The position numbers and the translations under genes were made by a program. A model generated the notes under the pieces. That model had not been told where the DNA came from, searched no databases, and saw only the letters and a list, made by a program, of their open reading frames with translations. From Mobula hypostoma (lineage: Eukaryota), in the NCBI RefSeq assembly GCF_963921235.1, contig NC_086097.1, forward strand, positions 231,386,001-231,450,000: a DNA stretch of 64,000 nucleotides, written 5' to 3'. Positions 53,283 through 64,000 of this stretch are shown here, in pieces; position 1 is the first letter of the stretch; the number at the start of each line of letters is the position of its first letter.

Positions 53283-53885
53283 TCAAGTAGGCCACACATT
53301 TTAATTCCACATCCCGTTCCCATTCTGATATGTCTATCCACGGCCTCCTCACTGTCAAGATGAAGCCATGCTCAGGTTGGAGGAACGACACCTTATATTC
53401 CATCTGGGTAGCCTCCAACCTGATGGCATGCACATTGACTTCTCTAACTTCCGCTAATGCCCCACCTCTCCCTCGTACCCCATCCGTTATTTATTCTTTC
53501 TCTCTCTCTCTCCTTTTTCTCCCTCTGTCCCTCTTGACTATACCCCTTGCCCATCCTCTGGGGTTTCCCTCCCTCCCCCTTTTCCCCCTTTTCCTTCTCC
53601 CTGGGCCTCTTGTCCCATGGTCCTCTCATATCCCTTTTGCCAATCACCTGTCCAGCTCTTGGCTCCATCCCTCCCCCTCCTGTCTTCTCCTATCATTTTG
53701 GATCTCTCCCTCCCCCTCCCACTTTCAAATCTCTTACTAACTCTTCCTTCAGTTTGTCCTGACGAAGGGTCTGCCCGAAACGTCAACTGTACCTCTTCCT
53801 AGAGATGCTGCCTGGCCTGCTGCATTCACCAGCAACTTTGATGTGTGTTGCTTGAATTTCCAGCATCTGCAGAATTCCTCATGTT
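53283..53885 (+). mobile_element. Penelope-like element 3' fragment (younger)
   Basis: VATHFNS...RLEERHLIFHLGSLQPDG remnant. Hammerhead core CTGACGA...GAAACGTC at 53759-53784. Confidence 0.8.
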
Positions 53886-55565
53886 CCAGAGTGCTTGTAT
53901 GTTTAACCTTAATCTGATTTGTTGAAAATACTAACTGAAACTCTGAGTTCTGTTATCCACTCTTAAATTTACTAGGGCTCAGTTTCCCACTCCCATTATT
54001 CATCAGGTTAACTGAAAAAATTACTATACTATTATGCAGCATATTTTGTTTAGTACAATTTTGAAATGACATTGTTTTGCATATTAAATAAATTGACATC
54101 AAGTTCATTAAATCTGTGCTTCGAGTGCCACCAAAATCCTGAGGCTGCCAGATTAGTTTTACTGTTATTCAATTCCGCTATTGCCCGATAGAAACTTCTG
54201 CTGAGTCAAGATGGAATTGAATACTTTGTTGGATCTTGGTTGATGCCAATTGAGGCTTGAAGTTAGCATGCTAAAACATGCTGGGTTAGAATTTATCAGG
54301 TATAATATATTAAATTCAGATTACCTTGTAAATGAAGGTAATAGTGGTACCTGGCCTTAAATCAGACAGCACAGTCAATGGAGTTCAATTTTATAAATAT
54401 CCAGAATATCCTATTGTTTTGATTTTTCAAGCCATGCCATTTTCACCAAAATGAATATTAAATTTTGATTTTGTGGAAAAGTGATATTATTTGTTTTTTT
54501 TTGCCCACTGAATATCCATTTGGGTTACACAGCCCTGTCATAACCTGATCAGATAGTGTATCAACTCCGTGATGAGATTGGGTTTGGTATCTAAATAACA
54601 TGGGCTTGGGTTAGAGTGGGACAGCTTTTTATAAATTAATATATTAATTGCCACCTTTTGACAATATTCTAAGAGATTTATCATTTGTTATATTAAAAAG
54701 CTGAATTAAAAACCTTTGTGAAATAAAATCAGATGTTTCATTTGACCTATCTGAAGTCCTTTGCAATTCAGCTTGGTATAGCAACAGGCCCCATCTTTAG
54801 GATGCCTCCTTCCAATCTGGTCCATTTGAGGAATGGCATTGAGTGATGAACATGTATCTGGTTTTTCTAATAATGCTCCATTTTCATTTATTGTGAGGCT
54901 GGTCTGTGCAGGCCAGTATTGGAAGCTCTGAAAATAAGTTCTAACAGATTAATAACATTGGACTAAACTAGTATTGTCTAAAGTTTGAGGCCCCCCTGCA
55001 AAATGTAGTCTGGTGGGCAATACAGGAGATATCCTACCTATGTAAGGTGATGTTAGTGGGCATCCTGCAGAAAAGGACACACAACCTCTGGCTTCGATAC
55101 ACAACCTACTCTCTTGTAACCTACTGAGCTCTACTCTGGCCATCTCAGCTCTGCATTTGCTACTCCGGGCCTGACATCAGATTGTGCTTTCACAAGATGA
55201 GCAAGATGTGAAACCAAAACTGAGGCAAAGTCCCAGTTACCAGATAGCACTAACTTACGGTAGATCCTAACAACTCCACAAGTGATATTTGAGGCAAAAG
55301 TCTGGCTCCCTGCTCTCTGATTCGAGCCTGGTGAATCTGCCTGTTTAGTTTGAGTTGTTTTATCAAAAAAATCGTTGTTCTTTGTCATGGATCATATTTG
55401 GATTGTCTGGTTGTGGTCATACTGGACTTTAATTTTACCTCAGCAGATCTCTGTTATCCCTAATCCAGGGATACCTGCAAAGAAGATGGTTTATTGATAT
55501 TTGGGAGGATAAAGAAACAGTTATCTGACCACATTGAATGGAAATGTAAATTAAATCTGTAATAA

Positions 55566-55763
<198 letters not shown>

Positions 55764-56149
55764 TAAATTAGTTATTTGGCAGAGCTGATCTAAAGTAGAT
55801 GAGAATTAACACCAAACTCCTTGTAATCCAGGGAGCGGGAAGCGCAGAATCAAATATCGCTATGATGATTGTACGTTCTAGTATCAATTGTTTGGCGACA
55901 ATAAAGTATGAAGTAAAGCAAACAAACTTACACTGGGTAAATCATATACTTTCCTGTCCACATACCTCAACTCCATTTTATCCCCCTTTGTTCATTCCCT
56001 TCCCACCTACATCCACACCAGTTAACATGCTCTCAATCTCCTCAACAATTTTCGATTCTCTGGTTCTGATCACCCCATTTTCACTATGGATGTCCAGTCC
56101 CTAGGCACGTCTATCCTCCATCAAGAAGGTCTTTAAGCTCTCTTATGGT

Positions 56150-59100
56150 AAATAAGACATAGGAACAGAATTAGACTATTTGGCCCGTCTAGTCTGCTCT
56201 GCTATTCAATCATGGCTGATACTTTTTTCCCTCCTCAGCCCCACTCCCCGGCCTTTTCCCTGTAACTTTTGACACCATTGCCAATCAAGAACCTATCAAG
56301 AAATGCCTTAAATACACCCAATAACCTGGCCTCCACAGCTGCCTGTGATAATAAATTCCACAAATTTGCTACCCTCTGGCTAAAGAAATTTCTCCACATC
56401 TGTTTTAAATGGACGACCCTCTCATACCTCCACAATCTTTACCACTACCTCTTTCAGAACCCTAGGGTGCACTTCATCTGGCTCGGGTGACTTATGTACC
56501 CTTCGATCTTTTAGCTTTTTTAAACACTTTCTCCCTTGTAATAGTAACTGCACTCACTTTTCTTCCCTCACACCCTTCAACATCTGGCACACTGCTAGTG
56601 TCTTCCACAGTGAAGACTGATGCAAAATACTCATTTAATTCATCTGCCAACTCCTTGTCACCTGTTATTATTTGTCCGGCCTTATTTTCTAACAGTGCTA
56701 TATCCACTCTCGTCTTTTATATACTTGAGAAAGCTTTTATGATCTACTTTGATATTGTCTGCTAGCTTGGTTTCATATTTCATCTTTTCCCTCCTTAGTT
56801 GCTCTCTGTAGGGTTTTGAAAGCTTCTCAATCCTCTAATTTCCCGCTAATTTCTGCTTTATTGTATGCCCTCTCTTTTGCCTTTACATTAGCGTTGACTT
56901 GGTCAGCCATGGTTGTACTATTTTGCCAATTGAGTATTTCTTTGTTTTTGGTACACATCCATCCTGCACCTTCCTCATTTTTCCCCAAAACTCAAGCCAT
57001 TGCTGCTCTACTGTCATCCCTGCCAGCATCACCTTACAATTTACTTTGGTCTGCTTCTCTCTCATACCACTGTAATTTCCTTCACTCCACTGAAATACTG
57101 CTACATCAGACTTTATTTTCTCCCAATCAGCTTTCAATTTGAACTCAAATCATGTTGTGATTACTGTCTCCTAGGGTTTAGAACATAGAATAGTACAGCA
57201 CAGTACAGGGCCTTCATCCCACAATGTTGTGCTGACCCTCCAACCCTGCCTCCCATATAACTCCCCACCTTAAATTCCTTCATATACCTGTCCAGTAGTC
57301 TCTTAAATTTTACTCCACCACTGACTCAGGCATTGCATTCCACACACCAACCACTCTCTGAGTAAAAAAAACCTTCCTCTAATATCCCCTCCGAACTTCC
57401 CACCCCTTACCTTAAAGCCATGTCCTCTTGTATTGAGCAGTGGTGCCCTGGGGAAGAGGCGCTGGCTATCCACTATATATTCCTCTTAATATCTTGTATA
57501 CCTCTATCATGTCTCCTCTCATCCTCCTCTCCAAAGAGTAAAACCCTAGCTCCCTTAATCTCTATTCATAATCCATACTCTCTAAACCAGGCAGCATCCT
57601 GGTAAATCTCCTCTGTACCCTTACCAGTGCTTCCGCATCCTTCCTATAGTGAGGTGACCAGAACTGGGCACAGTACTCCAAGTGTGGCCTAACCAGAATT
57701 TTATAGCTGCATCATTACCTCACGACTCTTAAACTCTATCCCTCGACTTATGGAAGCTAACACCCCATAAGCTTTCTTAACTACTCTATCTACTTGTGAG
57801 GCAACTTTCAGGGATCTGTGGACATGTACCCCCGGATCCCTCTGCTCCTCCACACTACCAAGTATCCTGCCATTTACTTTGTACTCTACCTTGGAGTTTG
57901 TCCTTCCAAAGTGTACCACCTCACACTTCTCCGGGTTGAACTCCATCTGCCACTTCTCAGCCCACTTCTGCATCCTATAAATGTCTCTCTGCAATCTTTG
58001 ACAATCCTCTACATTATCTACAACACCACCAACCTTTGTGTCGTCTGCCAACTTGCCAACCCACCCTCTTACCCCCACATCCAGGTCGTTAATAAAAATC
58101 ACAAAAAGTCGAAGTCCCAGAACCGATCCTTGTGGGACACTACTAGTCACAACCCTCCAATCCGAATGTACTCCCTCCACCACGACCCTCTGCCTTCTGC
58201 AGGCAAGCCAATTCTGAATTCACCTGGCCAAACTTCCCTGGATCCCATGCCTTCTGACTTCCTGAATAAGCCTACCTTGTGGAACCTTGTCAAATGCCTT
58301 ACTAAAATCCATACAGATCATATAGCGTTCTTTTACCTTAAGATCCGTAATCACCTCCGGTTCATTACATTACACCCAATCGAGTGTAGCTGATCCCCTG
58401 GTAGGCTCAATGACAAACTACTCTAAAAAGCCATCTTGTAGGCATTCAACAAACTCATTCTCTTGAGATCCATTTCCAACTTTATTTTCCCAGTCTATGT
58501 GCATGTTGACATCTCCCATGACTATCATAACATTGCCCTTTTGACATGCCTTTTCCATTTCCTGTTGTATTCTGTAGTCCACATCCCAGCTACTGTTAGG
58601 AGGCCTGTATATAACTGCCATCAGGGTCCTTTTACTCTTGCAATTTCTTAACTCAACCCACAATGATTCAGCATCTTCCAATCTTATGTCACATTTTTCT
58701 ACTGATTTGATGCCATTCTTTAGCAACAGAGCCACGCCACCCCTTCTACTTAACCTCCTATCCCTCTGATACAACATGTAACGTTGGGCATTCAGCTTCC
58801 AGCTACAATCATCCTTCAGCCTTGATTCAGTGATGACCAGTACATCATACCTGACAATCTGTAATAGTGCAACAAGATCATCCACCTATTTCGTATACGT
58901 CATGCATTGAGATATAACACATTGTCTACTGTGTTTGCTACCATTTTTGACTCTGCATCCCTAATGAACTGATATTCACCATGCTGGCTGCAATTTTGTC
59001 ATATCATTTGCCTGCCTATCTTGGCAGCCTGACTGCAAGCTATCTTTGCTTTTTTGCCATTCATTCTATCCTGTGTCCCTTCAATCCATTCCTACCCCCC

Positions 59101-60330
59101 CACCCCCCCACCAAATTAATTTGAAACCTCCTCACAGCTCTAACAAACCTGCCAGTGTGAATATTGGTCCTCCTTGGGTTCAGGTGCAACTTGTCCCTTT
59201 TGTATTAGGTCATACCTCCCCCAGAAGAGATCCCAATCATCCAAGAACTTGAAGCCCTGCCTTGCACCAGCTTCTCAGCCATACATTAATCTTCAAATCA
59301 TCCTGTTTCTATCCTTACTGGAGTGTGGCACATGCAGCAATCCAGAAATTACTACCCTGGAGGTCCTGCTTCTCAGCCTTCTACCTAGCTCCCTAAATTT
59401 TCTTTTCAGGACCTCATTGCTTTTCCTTCCTATATCATTGGTACCAATATGTACCAAGACATCTGGCTGCTCTCCCTCCCTCTCCAAAATGCTGTGGACA
59501 CGGTGTGAGACATCCCTGACCCTGGCACCAGAGAGGCAACATACCATTCGGATGTCTCATTCACAGTGTCTGTTCCCCTGACTATTGAGTCCCCTATCAC
59601 TATCGCTCCCCTCTTCTTCCCCTTTCCCTTCTGTATCATGGGCCTATGTTCAGTACCAGTAACCTGGTCTCCGTGGCATTCTGCTGGGAGGTCTTCCCCC
59701 ACAACAGTATCTAAAGTGATATACTTATTTTTGAGACAAATGGCCACAGGGGTGCTCTGCGCTAACTACCTATTCACATTTCCATTTCTCCTGACAGTTA
59801 CCCAGCTACATGTGTCGTGCAATTTAGGGGTGGCTGCTTCCCTGTTACTCTGATTATCTTCTCACTCTCCATTACAAGCTCAAGGTCATCCAGATGCTGC
59901 TCCAGATCCCTAACATGGTGTTCAAGGAGCTGCAGCTGGATGTACTTCATGCAGATGTAGTTCCCTGAGAGACTCTGCGTCTCCCAGGTCTCTAACATCC
60001 GGCATGAAGAACACACAACAGCCATTCACTACACTAGGTACAGTAAGAGAGAAAACAAAAATGAATCCGTAACAGAAGCTTACCCAGAGCCAATGCTTCT
60101 TTCAAGCCGAAGCCTCCTTTGAGCCAAAGCCTGACACTCCTACTCTTACCACTGACCTGCTCCCAACAATGGCCGCCCTTCTGTACTTTTAAACAAGTGT
60201 TGCCGACCTGCGAGAAAGCTCAACGCTGTGGCCTGCTGCTGCCACTGATTGGGCCCCCAGAATGAGCCTGAACGCCTGTGAAGCTCTCCTTTCAAACAAG
60301 CGTTGCTGACCTGCGAGAAACCAGGTCGTT
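56150..60330 (-). mobile_element. Decayed CR1 with deletions, containing a nested second CR1 (~57176-58320)
   Basis: ORF1 CSSC...CMK, IGDSIVRG, HIGTND. Endonuclease ITES, IYRPPN, MGD. Nested RT SVPQGSVLG, ADDTK. Confidence 0.8.
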
Positions 60331-60766
60331 TCTTTCTCGACAACAGACCCAACCAGTTCCCCTCCACCACCACCCTCCTCCATCTGGTGGAACTGGTCCT
60401 CACTCTCAACAATTACCCTTTCGGTTCTTCCCACTTTATCAGGGTGTAGCCATGGGCATCCATGTGGGCCCCAGCTCTGATCAATGTACAGTTGATCAGA
60501 AGTGGTCAATTCTTACAAACTGTTGTATTCACTAAGTCCTGAGAGTTGTATTACACCTCATTACAAATTTTGATGCTATTGCTTAGATTAGGTTCACCTT
60601 TTTTGGAAAAGTGTGCAATATCAAAGTCAGACAGTTGAAGTGAAGCATATGTGAGGATTCTGAAGATCAGTGTCCTTTCAGTGGACAAAATGGAGGTGTT
60701 CTGCGACATCTACATTTGGTTTATCCATTGGAAATGACCCCCTCCCCCAAAACATCCCCTAGATTC

Positions 60767-60965
60767 TGAGATATAACACATTGTCTACTGTATTTGCTAC
60801 CATTTTTGATTCTGCATCCCTAATGAACTGATATTCACCCTGCTGCCCGCGATTTTGTCATATCATTTGCCTGCCTATCTTGGCAGCCTGACTGCAAGCT
60901 ATCTTTGCTTTTTTGCCATTTGTTCTATCCTGTGTCCCTTCAATCCATTTCTACCCCCCCCCCCC
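60767..60965 (+). repeat. ~195-bp local duplicate of 58908-~59105
   Basis: Same orientation, offset 1859 bp, about 9 mismatches counted by eye. Confidence 0.85.
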
Positions 60966-63644
60966 AATTTGTGATTAGAAAATCACAAATTCACTGTCAC
61001 TGTTCAAGAAAGTAGTGCGTCAGAAATTGTTAAAGTGGACCAGTTAGCCTATCATCAGTCAATAGGAAATATTGGTAGCATTATTGAGGAAGAATAACAG
61101 CCAATGTAGAAAGTTGCAAAACAATCAGGGTAATCATGGTTTTATGAAAGGGAAGTTGTGTTTGGCACATTTATGAGAGTTCTTTGAAGATATAATAAAC
61201 AGGTCGATGAAGAGGAACCACCCTTGAGTATCCATATGGCATTTGATAAGATGCCACATAAAAGATTATCACTCAGGATAAGGGTCATGGGCTGGTAGTA
61301 ATAAACAAGCGCAGATTGAGTTTCAGCTCACGAACAGAAAAAGTCAGGATTGGGAAAAAAACGTAGTTCAGAGCAGGTGGAGGCCATCTGGCCTTTTGAA
61401 CTGCTGTCTTTGAGATCATAGCTGATCAGTATTTTAATGTTATTTTTCTACATTGTCCTCAAAACCTTTGATTTGCTTGATAAGGAGAACTCTATTGAGC
61501 TGAGTTCTGGGTGAGCACATATAAGTTAGACAGAAAGATATGGGCTCCAATTAATAATGGATGCATATCCACAAACAATATAAAGTTGTTAATATAATTG
61601 AATGAATACAGCACAAATGAGCAACATTGGTGAGAGGAAAGAAAGTGTTAGTGCTTGGAGCTGAAGCCCTGCATCAGGACTGACTTCCTCCAGCAGATGG
61701 CCGTGTTGCTCCAGATTCTAACAACTACAGTATCTGAATGGGTATATAGTTGAATTTCAATATTTTTGACCTTGGCATTGTATAACAATTAACTTGATAC
61801 AGCAGTGGAGGGAATTTCAGGCTTTTTTGAGATGTACAGTAAATTGCAGAGGGTTGAATAGATATCCGTACTTAAATAATCATGAACTGAACTTCATTGT
61901 TCCTTTATACATAACTGATCAGGTATTTTAATTGTGTGGTAAGGTATGATTTCTAATGCTAATATTTCTAACCAAAAAATAGTTAGTGGAATATCTTTTT
62001 TCAATTGTCTGCACTGTTGAAATTTAAATGCTGCTTGTTCTTTAAAATTGGAAGTCTGGTAAAGCTGATAGATATACTGAAAATTACTTAACTATCTGCT
62101 GGAATGTTTCTTGCGTTTTCCCTTCGCATGAAGGATTTTACTGTACCTCAAGCACAACAGAAAGAAATAAAAGAAATATATAATTTATTTTTTAAAAAGG
62201 ATAAATAAAATGTAATATCATATAAAAATAATTCTCAAAAAGTCAGGATGCCTTTTTTGTTGCTCCTATATTTCTTACTGGTCTCTGCATTTACAGTCTT
62301 GGTGCTGTTTCATGACACTCAACCAAAAATACAAGATTGAGGGGAGAATTTTTCATTCAATGGCTACATTACATTTTGTGTAGTTGTAGACTTCCTTGTT
62401 AATGTACATACATTGGAGAGGACAAACAATACTAAACATTATTATATCAGACAAACTTATTTTGAGAAACAATGCGGTTTCTTCAGTCATTGGATTGTAG
62501 TGTATTATGGTAGAGAAATGCAAAGCAAACTGGTGAAGACATTTAAATTATAGATTTTTTTAAACAAATAGTAAGGCTTTTGAACTGTATTACATATTAT
62601 ATGAAGAATAAACAAATTGGAAATATTTTGAATTCTTGCAGAGGATACTGTTACAAAAAACTATAATTTATCTAAGATGTAAGCAGGCATCTTCAATATT
62701 TTTGACTTCCATTTTCAATTTGATATGTTAATGCAATGGACTGCTATGAAAGGAGCAACATTTCTGATAAATGGAAAGTGAGATGATATTTATTGAGTCA
62801 TGGGAACATGAAATTACATGGGAACATGATATTAAATGATGTCATCAATTGAGGGGAAAAGCTGCTGGACAAAGCATTGGTTTAAAACTGAAGGATGCAT
62901 GCTTGGTGAAAATAAGTACTAAATTTGGACATTTTCCTCGGATTAGAATTCATCAATGCCATGCTATTGAAATTTAGTGTTCTTGATAAAGAAAATGCTC
63001 AGTGTATAATAAGTGATGGCTGTGATAAACTACTTAAATTATTTAGTAACCTGTAAAGGTAGCAAAAGAGGTATTTGTGTCATGGATACATGGCCTCCAT
63101 CGTGTATGAATGGCTAAATTAAAATCATAGTGGAAAGGGAATTCAAGTAAATTATAAGGAGATTGAAAAAAATCATCTAGTACAGAGCCTCTAGGATATT
63201 GCCTTGTATTTGCAGGTTTTTTATTTTATAAATAAAGGTAGTATAGTAGACTGATTCATTGAGATAATTATTGCTCTTAGTTTTGACATTTTTATGTATG
63301 TGTTTTATTGCATACTTTGCTAGGCTGGAGTTGATAGCTGTTTCCTCCTCGATCAATCTCTAAACAGTTTCTTCTGGAAGAGGGTTTGTGAGTATTTGTG
63401 AGTATCATGGAAGGTGTTGGCTAAGGTGTAGTTAAATTGTTTAATTTCTATCTTGGCTCACCTTTCATTTGAGGGAATCTAGGAGGGAGGAGTTTTAAGA
63501 CACAATTTTTAGGGAAAATTAAAATTTCAAGCAGATTCCAATAAATTTGGAGACAATTTTGTCCCCAGTTCTTTATTGTGTTGTTAAACTGTGCCATGGA
63601 ATATTGCTGAGGACACTATTTCTAATTATTAGTATATAGATTAT

Positions 63645-64000
63645 GAACACGAGGAAATCTGCAGATGCTGGAATTTCAAGCAACACACATTAAAAAATGC
63701 TGGTGAACGCAGCGGGCCAGGCAGCATCTATAGGAAGAGGTACAGTCGACGTTTCGGGCCAAGACCCTTCGTCAGGACTACCTGAAAGAAGAGATAGTAA
63801 GAGATTTGAGAGGGGGCGGGGGATCCAAAATGATAGGAGAAGACAGGAGGGGGAGGGATGGAGCTAAGAGCTGGAGAGTTGATTGGCAAAAGGGATATGA
63901 GAGTATCATGGGACAGGAGACCTAGGGAGAAAGAAAGGGGGAGGGGGGAAGCCCAGAGGATGGGCAAGGAGTATAGTGAGAGGGACAGAAGGAGAAAAGC
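63645..64000 (-). mobile_element. Penelope-like element 3' end (runs off the window)
   Basis: Reverse-complement homologue of 53510-53885. Confidence 0.8.
63743..63780 (-). ncRNA. Minimal type I hammerhead ribozyme, predicted
   Basis: Minus strand TAGTC-CTGACGA-AGGGTCTTGGCCC-GAAAC-GTC^GACTG. Intact core, stem I TAGTC/GACTG, and palindromic loop-less stem III (ACGT). Confidence 0.75.

Noticed and set aside
62799..62834. 18-bp tandem duplication CATGGGAACATGA(A/T)ATTA
   Set aside because: A simple two-copy slippage duplication with no wider array.

Overview
Vertebrate genomic DNA. The repeat repertoire (V-SINE/HE1-like SINEs, CR1, Rex1/Babar, RTE, Penelope, fish-type L1) suggests a cartilaginous fish; this is inference. 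The only clear host gene is the 5' part of MIB1 (mind bomb 1 E3 ligase, + strand): a CpG-island promoter and coding exons 1-3 at 17199-17427, 51571-51742 and 55595-55724. The rest is dominated by nested transposable elements. Main observations: (1) a 557-bp TSD-flanked non-autonomous retroelement that starts with a complete HDV-like ribozyme fold carrying an unusual L3 insertion; (2) a second SINE-like family with a decayed HDV-like fold; (3) several Penelope 3' ends with minimal hammerhead ribozymes; (4) a full-length, nearly intact 5.9-kb L1 with an 18-bp TSD in MIB1 intron 1; (5) minus-strand splice signals for a divergent transcript at the position where ABHD3 lies in human. All calls are by eye. 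Repeat boundaries are approximate unless a TSD or TIR is quoted.
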